The notes beneath the pieces are model-generated. The model saw only the letters and a list, made by a program, of their open reading frames with translations, did no database searches and had not been told where the DNA came from. From positions 128,001 to 192,000 of the forward strand of contig CAVYTU010000015.1 of the NCBI GenBank assembly GCA_963771465.1: a stretch of 64,000 nt of DNA, written 5' to 3'. The stretch is from an uncultured delta proteobacterium (lineage in GTDB: Bacteria; Desulfobacterota; Binatia; UBA9968). The translations under genes were made by a program, and so were the position numbers. The first letter of the stretch is position 1. Each line of letters opens with the position of its first letter. Below, in pieces: positions 28,259 through 39,103 of the stretch.

Positions 28259-29180
28259 ATGACCGCAAACAGTTCCGTAATCAAACCGACCGGTCTGGTG
28301 CATGGCCATACCGAGGTCCGTTTCCTCGACGACACGATTCCCGTGCTGACCCAAGTCTCTAGCGCTCGAAGTGATCGAGCGCCGCGATCATGAAGCTGTG
28401 CTCAAACATCCCAACACGGGCTGGAAACTAGTCGTGCACGAAGGCGGCGCCGATGTTAAGGACAAGCCCGAGCGCAATCACTACGGCGTGCGCGTGGCAA
28501 ACAACCAAGAAGTCGACCAGGCTTATCAATACTTGCTGGCACACAAGGAAAAACTGGGCCTGACGAAAGTAGTCAAGCGCAAAGAGCGCGCCGGCTCCTA
28601 TTCGATGTTCTTCGTCGAGCCGGGGGGCAACTATTGGGAGATTGAGTCCTATGAGAACCGCCACAAAGCCGGCCTACCGGAGCACATCGCGTACCCGTGG
28701 AAAGAAAAGCTGACTGTGGAAAAACTTCCCGGCTGCGGCTACATCCCGCAGGCGATGACTCACGGCACGATGGAATGCACCGATTTAGCTGCGTCGGTCA
28801 AATTCTACAAGGAAGGACTCGGCCTCGATGTCATCACCCATGTGCCAACCAGCAAGCCGCACGATGTTAAACATCAGTCAACGCCCTGGTATATCGCTAG
28901 TCTCGAAGTGCCGCTGAAAAACAAACACTATTTATCGCCGCTACAGCGCTACACCGTTGCCGTGGAATCTGCCGCAGCATTAGCCGACGCGCATCGCGAA
29001 TTGACCGAGCGGCGCGAAGAGTTCGGCATAACCGCCATCGAAGCGGTCGAAGAGACGGCCACCGGCGCGTCATTTTTGCTCTGCGACCTCGATCGCAATT
29101 GGTGGGAGATTGCCGCTCCATTTTCTTCTGGCGTAAGTTCGAATCCGAATCAATCTCATTTGACGGGAGAACCAAAATGA
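28259..29180 (+). CDS. Two-domain VOC/glyoxalase family protein (+1 frameshift near 28358)
   Basis: AAGGAG RBS and ATG 28259 give MTANSSVIKPTGLVHGHTEV; removing one T in CAAGTCTCTAGCG joins it to the 28371-29180 ORF (NHYGVRV, EPGGNYWE, THGTMEC, DLDRNWWE). Confidence 0.8.
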
Positions 29181-29812
29181 ACATCCATCAAATAAACAGC
29201 AAAAAAACCGCCGTGCTCTTCTTCGACATGCTCAACGTCTATTTTCACGCCGTCCCCGAAGAAAAACAGAAAGCGCTAAAACCCGTGGTCGCCAACGCCG
29301 TGCGCCTGATGAACGGCGCGCGCCAGGCCGGCATGCTCATCTACTACGCCATGGCCAATCATCGGACTGACGGAGAAAGCCGCTACATGGCAATCACCGA
29401 CACCGACATGCGGCTTCGCCCCTGGCCCAACGACGACTGCAATCCGACCGTCCACGGCGCGACGGAAGGATCGTGGGAGCAAAAAGTCATCGATGAGATC
29501 GCGCCCGGGTCCCAGGATTACATCATTCCAAAATATCGCTGGAGCACCTTTCATCAAACCTATTTCGATCTCGCACTCCGCTCCCGCGGTATCGACACGA
29601 TCATTATTTCCGGCGGCGCCGTCGATGTCGGCGTCGCGTCAACCGTCTATTCGGCGCGCGACCACGATTACAACATCATCGTCGTGCGCGATGCGTGCAG
29701 CAATTCCCATGACGACTCCATGGCCGCTTTGATGAACACCGTCTTTCCCCGCCTGGCGCGGGTTAGAACCACCGAACAGGTGCTGGAAATGATCCGTAAA
29801 GACGCCAAGTAA
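29177..29812 (+). CDS. Isochorismatase-like hydrolase
   Basis: TAVLFFDMLN, IPKYRWSTF, GVASTVYSARDHDY, VRDAC; ATG overlaps the VOC stop. Confidence 0.88.
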   Translation: MNIHQINSKKTAVLFFDMLNVYFHAVPEEKQKALKPVVANAVRLMNGARQAGMLIYYAMANHRTDGESRYMAITDTDMRLRPWPNDDCNPTVHGATEGSWEQKVIDEIAPGSQDYIIPKYRWSTFHQTYFDLALRSRGIDTIIISGGAVDVGVASTVYSARDHDYNIIVVRDACSNSHDDSMAALMNTVFPRLARVRTTEQVLEMIRKDAK

Positions 29813-29903
29813 AGCGATAACTGGCTCGGTAAGATTTTTGGGGATCGTACGTCTAAGTTACGAAGTGGTAGTTGTTGCAACGATAAGAAATATAAGCAGA
29901 TGG

Positions 29904-30251
29904 ATGATTGCGCTTTTGGCAATTCTTCTTACGCCGTTATTTCTAAATGCGCAAAACCCGCCCGCCGCCGAACAACAAAAGATCGAAGCATTGATCAAAT
30001 ATGTCGGCGACCTCAAGGACGCCAAGTTTGTTCGCAACGGCTCGACCTACGAACCGGCGACCGCTGTGCGCTTCCTGCGCGGCAAGTGGAATGCCAACAA
30101 AGCCGGGGTCAAAAGCGCCCGCGACTTTATCGAAAAAGTCGCGACCAAGTCAGAGACCTCAAGCAAGCCATATCTTCTGCGTTTCAGCGACGGCAAAGAA
30201 ATCCACAGCCGTGAATTTTTCCTCACCGAACTTGAGAAAATAGAAAATTAG
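29904..30251 (+). CDS. DUF5329-like exported protein
   Basis: KIEALI, FVRNGSTY, ARDFIEKVATKSETSSKPY; start position uncertain. Confidence 0.7.
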   Translation: MIALLAILLTPLFLNAQNPPAAEQQKIEALIKYVGDLKDAKFVRNGSTYEPATAVRFLRGKWNANKAGVKSARDFIEKVATKSETSSKPYLLRFSDGKEIHSREFFLTELEKIEN

Positions 30252-30387
30252 CTCGGAGCGCCGATCTTGCGCCACCCGATTTTTTCCTGTGGCGTTTTTG
30301 CGCCATTGCGCGAAATCCTGCCGATAATTCCATCACGCCAAAACACTAACACGTTCATTCGCCCGGGCATCGCTCTTGCTCCGGAGA

Positions 30388-30939
30388 ATGATTGTGAGTC
30401 TGAAACCATTTTTATTGTTCCTTCTGCTGGCGAGCGCAACGCCAAGTATCTGTTTTCCGGCGAGCCGCTCAGATATCGTTGGCACTCCAGCGCAGTTTGA
30501 AGAATCCACCCCTGAAGCCGGTGAACTTAGAAAGGTCATCCGTGTCGTCGACGGCGACACAATCGTCGTCAGCCCCAACGAAAAAGTGCGTCTCATCGGC
30601 GTCGACACACCGGAAACGGTGCATCCGAAAAAGTCGATCGCCTGTTTCGGCAAAGAAGCCAAGCAGTTCTCCCGCGACGCCGTTGAAGGAAAAACTATCA
30701 GATTGGTAATGGACAAAGTAAACATCAAGCGCCAACATAAAGACAAATACCGCCGCACCCTCGCCTACGCCTATCTTATCGACGGCACGATGCTCAATCG
30801 CGAGCTCATCCGCCAAGGTTACGCCCACGCTTACACTCGATTCCAGTTTCGTTACCTTGTAGAATTCAGAGAATTGGAGCGCCAGGCCCGAACTCAAACG
30901 ATCGGTCTCTGGTCGAGCTGCTCAGTGAACGAACAATAG
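30388..30939 (+). CDS. Thermonuclease (SNase-like) family protein
   Basis: VIRVVDGDT, VRLIGVDTPET, DKYRRTLAY, LNRELIRQGYA, GLW; N-terminal signal. Confidence 0.92.
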   Translation: MIVSLKPFLLFLLLASATPSICFPASRSDIVGTPAQFEESTPEAGELRKVIRVVDGDTIVVSPNEKVRLIGVDTPETVHPKKSIACFGKEAKQFSRDAVEGKTIRLVMDKVNIKRQHKDKYRRTLAYAYLIDGTMLNRELIRQGYAHAYTRFQFRYLVEFRELERQARTQTIGLWSSCSVNEQ

Positions 30940-31084
30940 GCGAAAGTACTCCGCTGACGGAGTATTTCACGTTTCGCTCATAAATTTTTTCTCGTCCGCA
31001 GAACATCATGGACAGAGCCGAAGCCAAATCACTCCTCGCAAAAGAAGCATCCAATTTGAGAATTTCCATAAGGGGTAGTTAGCA

Positions 31085-32395
31085 ATGAACATATTTAAAG
31101 TGATGGCCGGGATCTTACTGGGTTTCATATCGCTGCTCACCTTTGCAATCTTGTCGTATATGGCTCCTAGGAACCCCGAACAGACACTCTTTCGGGCGGT
31201 ATCCACGCAAAGCAACTCCCTGAAATCCGCCAGCTACTCATCCAAGGACGGCTCACATCAATATAATTATTCCTTTTCCTTTGTTGAGTTGAATGACGAC
31301 GGACTCTTTGTCGAGCCGGCGCAAGTTGATCGGTTGATAACCGACCTACAAAGCAAGATAAGGCAATCCGATACGACGATTCTGCTCTACGTTCATGGAT
31401 GGAATCACAACGCCAGCAGCACTGATACGAATGTCGCTTGCTTTGAAGAACTGCTCAAAGCGACGGCGATAATGCAGTCAACCTATCTATCAAGCGATGG
31501 CAAAACTCCGAGATCAGTGTACGGGATCTATGTTGGGTGGCCGGGCGTCGTTTACGAAAACGAAACGCTAAATACGACTTTAACTTTTTTTGGCCGGCAA
31601 TCTGCAGCTGACCGAGTAGGCGAGCGAGGTGCGCTTTTAGAGCTATTTAGCAAAATCGGCAACCTTCGCGACCAACAGAAACCGCAAAAAACAAAATTCG
31701 TTATCATTTCTCACAGCCTTGGTGCGCGGCTGACCTATAAAGCGCTTAGACCCGTCATGCAATACTCGGCCTATCAAACAGGCAGCAGCAAAAGCCCATT
31801 TGTGGCGGATGTAGCCGTCATGGTCAACCCGGCGTTGTCAGCCGATGAACACACAGTCCTCGCAGCACTGATTAATGCGCAGGCTGGACAAGGCATTCGC
31901 AAGGCGCAACCGAGATTCATCATCGCCACATCGGAAAAGGATGAAGTACTCGGGGGAATATTTCCGTGGTCTCAACGTGTTTCAAGTTTCATACGGGGAG
32001 ACTACGCGCTGGCCGACAAGCGCAGAACATTGCCGGTGGGGTTGTACGATGAATACGTTACTCATTTTCTTAAACTGGAAGGCCGCTACGACAATTCATC
32101 CGGTGGTAATGGCTGCCCAACTCTCAGTCACGATGAACTAGAAATCGTGAAGGGCAAGAAGCGAGCGCAAAATGAAGCGGAACTCTACGAATACAGAATT
32201 ATCAAACATTACGATGAAAGTGCTAAAGAAAAATTTCGCACGGTCTTGACCGAATCCGAAAACAGGTCAATCGGACCGACTATGATCGTCAAGGTGTCCG
32301 GCGATATTATTCCCAACCACAACGACATCTACACCTCACCGTTTGTTGACTTCATTTCACGAGTTGTAAATGTTGGATTGTACCGTCCGCAATGA
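31085..32395 (+). CDS. Membrane-anchored alpha/beta hydrolase (DUF900-like)
   Basis: N-terminal TM, LYVHGWNH, ISHSLG nucleophile elbow, C-terminal HNDI; visibly more AT-rich than its neighbours. Confidence 0.7.
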   Translation: MNIFKVMAGILLGFISLLTFAILSYMAPRNPEQTLFRAVSTQSNSLKSASYSSKDGSHQYNYSFSFVELNDDGLFVEPAQVDRLITDLQSKIRQSDTTILLYVHGWNHNASSTDTNVACFEELLKATAIMQSTYLSSDGKTPRSVYGIYVGWPGVVYENETLNTTLTFFGRQSAADRVGERGALLELFSKIGNLRDQQKPQKTKFVIISHSLGARLTYKALRPVMQYSAYQTGSSKSPFVADVAVMVNPALSADEHTVLAALINAQAGQGIRKAQPRFIIATSEKDEVLGGIFPWSQRVSSFIRGDYALADKRRTLPVGLYDEYVTHFLKLEGRYDNSSGGNGCPTLSHDELEIVKGKKRAQNEAELYEYRIIKHYDESAKEKFRTVLTESENRSIGPTMIVKVSGDIIPNHNDIYTSPFVDFISRVVNVGLYRPQ

Positions 32396-32459
32396 GCCAA
32401 CGATGTTCAACTACCCGGGGAAGCGCCTGACCTTCGGTTGGATTTTTCCGAAACTCAAC

Positions 32460-33401
32460 TCATCCTTCTTGATTCTCCAAAAATCTCTCCGCATCGATCG
32501 CCGCCATGCAGCCAGTGCCGGCGGCGGTGATCGCTTGGCGGTAGACATGATCCTGCACGTCGCCACAGGCGAAAACGCCGTGGACGTTGGTCTTAGTGCC
32601 GTCGTTTGTGAGGATGTAACCGGTGGGATCGAGATCGAGCTGGCCGACGAACAGTTTTGAATTGGGTTCATGGCCGATGGCGATAAACAGCCCGTCGCAT
32701 TTGAAGTCTTCGGTCTTGCCGGTTTTTAACTTTTTGAATTTGACGCCGGTCACCCCACCGGCTTTCGCATCACCGTAGACATCTACGACTGCGGTGTCCC
32801 AGACGAAAGAAATTTTCGGATTCTTTTCGGCGCGATCTTGCATGATCTTTGAGGCGCGCAGTTTGTCGCGCCGGTGTACAACCGTCACTTTGCTGGCGAA
32901 CTTGGTGAGAAACGTCGCCTCTTCCATCGCCGTATCGCCGCCACCGACCACTACCAATTCTCTATCCTTAAAGAAAAAACCGTCGCACGTGGCGCACGCC
33001 GACACTCCGTGACCCATCAGTTTCATTTCGGATTCCAAACCCAAAAGTTTCGCCGTCGCGCCAGTGGCAACGATCAAACTGTCGCAAGTAAACAACTCTT
33101 TGCTAACCGACACTTTGAATGGACGCTGTTTGAGGTCGACCGCGGTGACTTCACCGAACAGTGTCTCTGTGCCAAAGCGCTCGGCCTGTTTTTTGAATTC
33201 TTCCATCAACTCCGGTCCCATGATGCCTTTGGGAAATCCTGGATAGTTTTCAACATCGGTTGTGATCGTCAGTTGTCCACCGGGCTGCGATCCTTCAATG
33301 ACCAGCGGTTGCAGATTGGCGCGCGCCGCGTAGATCGCCGCAGTGAGTCCGGCGGCGCCGGAGCCGAGAATGATTACGCGGTAGTGACTTTTCTTATCCA
33401 T
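32460..33401 (-). CDS. trxB: Thioredoxin reductase
   Basis: [38 protein letters not shown]. Confidence 0.97.
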   Translation of the reverse strand: MDKKSHYRVIILGSGAAGLTAAIYAARANLQPLVIEGSQPGGQLTITTDVENYPGFPKGIMGPELMEEFKKQAERFGTETLFGEVTAVDLKQRPFKVSVSKELFTCDSLIVATGATAKLLGLESEMKLMGHGVSACATCDGFFFKDRELVVVGGGDTAMEEATFLTKFASKVTVVHRRDKLRASKIMQDRAEKNPKISFVWDTAVVDVYGDAKAGGVTGVKFKKLKTGKTEDFKCDGLFIAIGHEPNSKLFVGQLDLDPTGYILTNDGTKTNVHGVFACGDVQDHVYRQAITAAGTGCMAAIDAERFLENQEG

Positions 33402-33448
33402 CCGAGTTCTGTAACATAATTTTTTCGAGGGAGAAAGAAAGCAACGCT

Positions 33449-33928
33449 ATGGCACAACTCAGTCACTTGGACGAACAAGGCCGCGCGCGCATGGTCGACG
33501 TGAGCGAGAAAGAAATCACCAGCCGGGTCGCGCTGGCGCGCGGCACCATTCGCATGCGGCCAAAAACGCTCGCACTCATTCTCGGCGAGAAAATCGAAAA
33601 AGGCGATGTCTTTTCCGTCGCCCGTGTCGCCGGCATCATGGCGGCTAAGAAGACGGCCGAGCTAATCCCGATGTGCCACCCGCTGAACATCACGTCGGTC
33701 AAAATCGATCTCTCGCCAAGGCAAAAACCGGCGCGCGTAGAAATCGAAGCGTCGGTGCGCGTCAGCGGCAAAACCGGCGTGGAGATGGAAGCGATGACGG
33801 CAGTCGCAGTCGCGGGCCTGACGATCTACGACATGTGCAAAGCCGTCGACCGCGAGATGATCATCGGTGAAATCCGCCTGGTCGAAAAAAGCGGCGGCAA
33901 GAGCGGAACCTTCATGCGCAAAGAGTGA
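33449..33928 (+). CDS. moaC: Cyclic pyranopterin monophosphate synthase
   Basis: MVDVSEK, LIPMCHP, TGVEMEA, IYDMCKA, KSGGKSG. Confidence 0.97.
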   Translation: MAQLSHLDEQGRARMVDVSEKEITSRVALARGTIRMRPKTLALILGEKIEKGDVFSVARVAGIMAAKKTAELIPMCHPLNITSVKIDLSPRQKPARVEIEASVRVSGKTGVEMEAMTAVAVAGLTIYDMCKAVDREMIIGEIRLVEKSGGKSGTFMRKE

Positions 33929-33992
33929 TGCAGTGTTGGAATAGTGGAAACTCTGAAACCCAGCACTCCATGACCCCATCACTCCACTACTC
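33923..33992. repeat. Inverted array of tandem 8-mers
   Basis: GAGTGATG CAGTGTTG GAATAGTG ... CAGCACTC CATGACCC CATCACTC CACTACTC. Confidence 0.7.
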
Positions 33993-34035
33993 TAAACTGA
34001 TTTACCGCGCCCTACGTCCAGAAAATTGAACTCGC

Positions 34036-35211
34036 ATGCTGCAACTATTCCTCAAGAAAGGCCGCGAACGGCCAATCATCAATGGTCACCCGTGGATTTT
34101 CTCCGGCGCGATCGAGCGCGTCGACGGCGATGAGCAAGAAGTCGGCGTCGCTGATGTTCTCGATAACAAAAAGAACTGGCTCGCGCGCGGGCTTTACAAT
34201 CCAAAGTCCCAACTCCGCGTGAGGCTGCTCACCTGGCATCAAGAAACCATCGATCAAAGTTTTTTTTCGCGCCGCCTATCACGGGCGGTCGCCTTTCGCG
34301 CCGAGCTGTTAACCGGCCCAACCAATTCTTACCGCCTTTGCAACGGCGAAGGCGACTTTTTGCCGGGGCTGATCGTCGACCGCTATGCCGACTATTATGT
34401 CTGTCAATTTTTTACCGCCGGCATGGAACTTTTCAAAGATGATATCATCGCCGCGCTTTCAGCGCTCATCGCGCCCCAGGGAATCTTCGAGCGCAGCGAA
34501 GGCCGCGTGCGTGAAGAGGAAGGGAGTGAAGCATCGGTCGGCACATTAACGGGCGAACCGCCGCCGGAGCTTATTTCGATTGAGGAGAACGGCCACAAAT
34601 TTTTGGTCGACGTAAGACGCGGACAAAAAACCGGCTTCTTTTTAGACCAGCGCGACAGCCGCGCTTTTCTCGCTACGCTCGTACGCGAACGAACGGTTTT
34701 GAACTGTTTCGCTTACACCGGCGGCTTTTCAGTCTACGCTTTTGCCGGCGGGGCTAGGGAAGTCGTCACATTTGACTCTTCGCATCCAGCCCTCGAGCTG
34801 GCCGAAAAAAACCTGGCGCTCAATGGCTTCGAAGATAAACCCGGCGAACTCATCAAGGGCGATGCCTTTGCCTATTTAAAAGAAATCGAGCAAAAATTTG
34901 ACGTGATCGTCTTGGACCCGCCATCGTTAGCGCCCAAACGCGGCGACATCGACGCCGCCACCGGCGGTTATAAGTTTTTAAACCTGCACGCGCTCAAGCA
35001 TCTCAACCCTGGCGGCATACTGCTGACGTTTTCCTGCTCGCAGCATTTGCCCGCCGAGCTATTTCAGAAAGTCGTCTTCGGCGCCGCCGTCGATGCCGGA
35101 AGAAAAGTCGCCATCGTCAGGCGGCTGGGCCACTCGATTGATCACCCCGTGAGCCTGCATCATCCCGAAGGCGAGTATCTTAAAGGACTCGCCTTGCGTG
35201 CATTGGACTAA
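34036..35211 (+). CDS. rlmI: 23S rRNA m5C1962 methyltransferase-like
   Basis: GHPWIFS PUA domain, EGDFLPGLIVD, GQKTGFFLDQR, LDPPS, FSCS, EGEYLKG. Confidence 0.9.
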   Translation: MLQLFLKKGRERPIINGHPWIFSGAIERVDGDEQEVGVADVLDNKKNWLARGLYNPKSQLRVRLLTWHQETIDQSFFSRRLSRAVAFRAELLTGPTNSYRLCNGEGDFLPGLIVDRYADYYVCQFFTAGMELFKDDIIAALSALIAPQGIFERSEGRVREEEGSEASVGTLTGEPPPELISIEENGHKFLVDVRRGQKTGFFLDQRDSRAFLATLVRERTVLNCFAYTGGFSVYAFAGGAREVVTFDSSHPALELAEKNLALNGFEDKPGELIKGDAFAYLKEIEQKFDVIVLDPPSLAPKRGDIDAATGGYKFLNLHALKHLNPGGILLTFSCSQHLPAELFQKVVFGAAVDAGRKVAIVRRLGHSIDHPVSLHHPEGEYLKGLALRALD

Positions 35212-35289
35212 CTTACCTCTGCTGTGGTAGACGGTTCACTCGCAACCGGAATCCGCTGTACCGTCGTCAACGCGCCGCGCGAGGTGTCC

Positions 35290-35979
35290 ATGACTTACCA
35301 GACCATCAAGGATTGGCCCCAAGAAGATCGTCCAAGGGAAAAGCTTTTAGCCAATGGCGCGCACTCGCTCAGCGAAACCGAACTGCTCGCGATCATCCTT
35401 CGTAACGGCAACGCCAGCACCGGCGAGAGCGCCATCGATCACGCGCGCTTGCTGTTAAATCAATTTGGCGGCCTCAAAGGCATCGACGATGCTTCGACGA
35501 GCGAAATCTGTCTGGTTAAAGGCATCGGCCCGGCAAAGGTCGCCCAGCTCAAAGCTTGCTTAGAAATCGGCAAGAGAGTCGGCAGCCAAAAGTGGGAAAC
35601 CGGCCAGCCGCTTCACTCCGCCGAGGATGTCTACCAGCACTTTCGCGAGAGTCTTGGGCGGGAAAAGCGCGAATTTTTCTACGTCGTCTTACTGAATAAC
35701 AAAAATCGCAAAATACGGGAAGTCAAAGTCTCCGAGGGATCGCTCACAGCGTCGCTCGTGCACCCGCGCGAAGTCTACAATCCGGTGATCCGCGAGTCCG
35801 CTGCCGGCGTGATCTTCGTCCACAACCATCCGAGCGGCGATCCGGCGCCGAGCCCCGAGGACATCGACATCACCAAGCGGTTAAAAGAAGTCGGCGATGT
35901 CATGGGCGTGCGCGTACTCGACCACGTCGTCATCGGTCACGACCGTTACTTCAGCTTCAACGATCGCGGCATGCTTTGA
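35290..35979 (+). CDS. radC: RadC/JAB-domain protein
   Basis: ATG after GAGG; DRPREKL, VHPREV, HNHPSGD, LDHVVIG. Confidence 0.95.
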   Translation: MTYQTIKDWPQEDRPREKLLANGAHSLSETELLAIILRNGNASTGESAIDHARLLLNQFGGLKGIDDASTSEICLVKGIGPAKVAQLKACLEIGKRVGSQKWETGQPLHSAEDVYQHFRESLGREKREFFYVVLLNNKNRKIREVKVSEGSLTASLVHPREVYNPVIRESAAGVIFVHNHPSGDPAPSPEDIDITKRLKEVGDVMGVRVLDHVVIGHDRYFSFNDRGML

Positions 35980-36067
35980 TGACCCGCCGACAGCCGCGCT
36001 CGCGACCATTCAACTGGCATTGAGAATTCGCATCGTTTGCTGATTTCGAACTTTCCGCTCACTTTTG

Positions 36068-36096
36068 TTGACATCGCTAGCAGCCGCGTTTATCTT
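36068..36096 (+). promoter_or_regulatory. Putative sigma70 promoter
   Basis: TTGACA-N17-TATCTT, 45 bp before the M23 peptidase ATG. Confidence 0.6.
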
Positions 36097-36140
36097 CAGG
36101 AACAGAATCACTTGCAGTCGTTCTCCTTTCTAATCAAAAC

Positions 36141-37571
36141 ATGAGCGCTCTCGAATTCGGCAGACCCAGACGGCGATTCGTCCCCGGCATCGGTATCGTC
36201 GTCGCGATTCTTTTGATCGGCGCGGGCGCCGGCGCGTACTACCTCGTGCCGCGCTTCGAATGGCATAAGCCCGAGATCAAGATCACGCCGGATGTCGACG
36301 CCGTCGGTCTCGCGCCGTTGGAAGTCTCCGTTACAGACCAAGGCAGCGGGCTCAAATCCTTCAGCGTCGTGCTCAATGCCGGCGGCACCGATTATCCCCT
36401 CGCCAACGAACAATACGATCAGCCGACGATGCAGAAGAAATTTACCGTGGCGCTGTCTGCGAAACTGACCGGGCTCAAGGAAGGGCCGGCAGTGCTGCGC
36501 GTAAGCGCCAAGGATCGATCTCTGTGGAGTTTTTTCCGCGGCAACGAAACGGTCGTGCAAAAAAACGTCACCATCGACATCACGCCGCCAAGCCTGGAAC
36601 TCATCGCCGATGACCGCTATGTTAATTTCGGCGGGGTCGGCTTGATTGTCTATAAGCCGTCCGCCGATACGGTTACGACCGGCATTAAGATCGGCAAATA
36701 CTTTTTTCCCGGTTACAAAGGTCAGGTCAAGGAACACGCCGACTACTACCTCGCCTTCTTCGCCCACCCGTACGACACCGGAGAAGGCGACAAAGCAACG
36801 CTCATCGCCACGGACAAGGCCGGCAACACGCGCGAGATGAAGCTTTCCTACGAGCTTAAAAACGTCAAGTACAAAAAAAGCACGATTAAATTGTCCGACG
36901 AGTTTCTTCAGAACAAAGTCATCCCGCTCTTAAACGACGTCGGCGCGCGGCAAGGCAGTCCCAAAGATATTTTCATCAAAGTCAATAAAGCTCTCCGCAA
37001 AGAGAACGAGGAGAAAATCAAAGCGATCACCGAGAAATCGACGTCGACGATGCTCTGGCAGGGCGCTTTCAGTCAGCTGAGCAACTCCAAAGTCGAGGCC
37101 AATTTTGCCGACGCGAGAACCTACGTCTACAAAGACGAAGCCATCGATAACGCCTACCACCTGGGTTATGACCTCTCGGTCACCAAACACTATCCCGCCG
37201 AGGCGGCCAATAGCGGCGTCGTCGCATTTGTCGGCGATCTGGGAATCTATGGTAACACGGTGATCATCGATCACGGTCTCGGTCTTTTCACGCTCTATTC
37301 GCATCTAAGCGCCGTCGACGTAAAAGTTGGCGATAAAATCAAACAGCAGCAAGCGATCGGCAAGACCGGTGAAACCGGCCTCGCCGTCGGCGACCATCTC
37401 CACTACGGCGTATATTTACACGGCCTGGCAATCTTGCCAGTGGAGTGGTGGGACGAAAAATGGATCAGAGACAACGTCGAGCCCAAACTCATGGGCAAAT
37501 CCAGCGAAGCCGTGCAGGAAGAAAAAGGCCACAAGCCCGCGCGCAAAGTTGCCCGCAAGCAAAAGCGCTAA
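36141..37571 (+). CDS. M23 family metallopeptidase
   Basis: N-terminal TM; HLGYD (HxxxD), YGNTVIIDHG, YSHL, GDHLHY. Confidence 0.92.
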   Translation: MSALEFGRPRRRFVPGIGIVVAILLIGAGAGAYYLVPRFEWHKPEIKITPDVDAVGLAPLEVSVTDQGSGLKSFSVVLNAGGTDYPLANEQYDQPTMQKKFTVALSAKLTGLKEGPAVLRVSAKDRSLWSFFRGNETVVQKNVTIDITPPSLELIADDRYVNFGGVGLIVYKPSADTVTTGIKIGKYFFPGYKGQVKEHADYYLAFFAHPYDTGEGDKATLIATDKAGNTREMKLSYELKNVKYKKSTIKLSDEFLQNKVIPLLNDVGARQGSPKDIFIKVNKALRKENEEKIKAITEKSTSTMLWQGAFSQLSNSKVEANFADARTYVYKDEAIDNAYHLGYDLSVTKHYPAEAANSGVVAFVGDLGIYGNTVIIDHGLGLFTLYSHLSAVDVKVGDKIKQQQAIGKTGETGLAVGDHLHYGVYLHGLAILPVEWWDEKWIRDNVEPKLMGKSSEAVQEEKGHKPARKVARKQKR

Positions 37572-37641
37572 GCAAATTCGAGTAATCGCCTTCAGTTCGC
37601 CGACCGCTGCTTGAGTTCAGCAGTTCTGTTGGTGCTCGCCG

Positions 37642-39048
37642 ATGCCGCGCCGAAAATCAGAAAAAACCGTCGCGCAGAAAATCAGCGATTTCATCGGCCG
37701 TAACACGCTCAAAAATATTCCGGGCGAAGTGCGTGACATCGCCAAGCTTCATCTACTCGACGGTTTGGCAACTATGCTCGGTGGCGCGAAAGAACCATCG
37801 AGCCGCATTTTATACCGGCACTATTCACGCCTACGGAGCAAAGCGGAGGCCACGGTGGTTGGCACCAACGTTCGGGTCGCCACCGAACACGCGGCGCTGG
37901 TAAACGGCGTGCAGGCCCACGTTTTAGACTATGACGACGCGCAGCTGACGACGCTGGCGTCCCGTCCGCTAGGCCAACAGACTCATCCAACATCTCCGGT
38001 GCTCGCCGCGGTGCTCGCTTTAGCACAAAGCCGGCGCGCCACCGGCGCGGAGCTGCTCGCTTCGTACATTGTCGGCGTCGAAGTCGCGTGCCGCTTGGGC
38101 GACGCTATCGATCCGAGCCACTATCTCGACGGCTTTCATCCGACCGGCACACTCGGCACATTCGGCGCTGCCGCCGCTTGCGCTCACTTGTCGCGACTCA
38201 CGCCAACGTCGATCCGTCATGCCTTGGGAATCGCTGGCACGATAACCGCAGGTCTCCGCGCCAACCGCGGCACCATGGCCAAAGGGTTAAACGCCGGGCG
38301 CGCCGCCGAGAGTGGGGTGATTGCCGCAACTCTCGCCGCTGAAGGTTTTTCCGCCTCGGAAAATATTTTCGATGACCCGATGGGATTCTTTGCCGCCGCG
38401 TGTAAGAACAAGGTCGACAGAAACCTATTACGTTTTGGCAAACCATTTTTCTTTGCCAACCCAGGCGTCGGCATAAAACTTTATGCTTGCGCCGGTGTGC
38501 TTCATCCCGCGCTGGATGTCGCGCTCGATCTTCGCCAGTCTTATGCCATCGCGGTAGAGCAAATCGACCGCGTCAAAGTCGCGCTCGATGCCAACGCCGC
38601 TTTGCCGCTGGTTTATGATCGGCCCAAGGACGCGCTGCAAGCCAAATTTAGTGTTCACTTCGCGGTGGCAGCGGCGCTAATCGACGGCGCGGCTGGATTG
38701 AAACAGTTTTCCACCGAGCGCATGGGCAATCCGAAGATTCGCAACTTGATGAAACGGGTGGAATTCATCCGCCGGCCACCACGAAGAGGCGCCGACAATG
38801 CGGGCATCGATACGAACGTGGAGATTGCTATGAAAGACGGCGCGGTTCATCGCGGCCATGCTGAAATCGCCCGCGGCCATCCGGCGCTGCCGCCTTCGCA
38901 CGCCGAGATCGCCGATAAATTTCGCGAGTGTGCCAGCGGTGTCTTAGCAGCGAAACAGATAGGGAGATTCTTGCAGCAATTTGACAGCCTCGAACGCGCC
39001 GCGTCGATAGCAACTTGGCTCCAAGCGCTTTGTCCCGCGCGGCGTTGA
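37642..39048 (+). CDS. MmgE/PrpD family protein
   Basis: AHVLDYDD, THPTSP, GFHPTG, KLYAC...LHP. Confidence 0.9.
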   Translation: MPRRKSEKTVAQKISDFIGRNTLKNIPGEVRDIAKLHLLDGLATMLGGAKEPSSRILYRHYSRLRSKAEATVVGTNVRVATEHAALVNGVQAHVLDYDDAQLTTLASRPLGQQTHPTSPVLAAVLALAQSRRATGAELLASYIVGVEVACRLGDAIDPSHYLDGFHPTGTLGTFGAAAACAHLSRLTPTSIRHALGIAGTITAGLRANRGTMAKGLNAGRAAESGVIAATLAAEGFSASENIFDDPMGFFAAACKNKVDRNLLRFGKPFFFANPGVGIKLYACAGVLHPALDVALDLRQSYAIAVEQIDRVKVALDANAALPLVYDRPKDALQAKFSVHFAVAAALIDGAAGLKQFSTERMGNPKIRNLMKRVEFIRRPPRRGADNAGIDTNVEIAMKDGAVHRGHAEIARGHPALPPSHAEIADKFRECASGVLAAKQIGRFLQQFDSLERAASIATWLQALCPARR

Positions 39049-39103
39049 CTTTGCCAGTGCCGAGCAGGATAACTGGGACAACTTTGAGCGCGGAGGAAAT
39101 CCG

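Noticed and set aside
29177-29812. Missing catalytic Cys in the isochorismatase-like protein
   Set aside because: Gly at this position (GVxST) is common in a known subgroup of the family
35290-35979. radC as a marker of a mobile element
   Set aside because: Full-length form with the N-terminal HhH region among housekeeping genes; no integrase or conjugation genes
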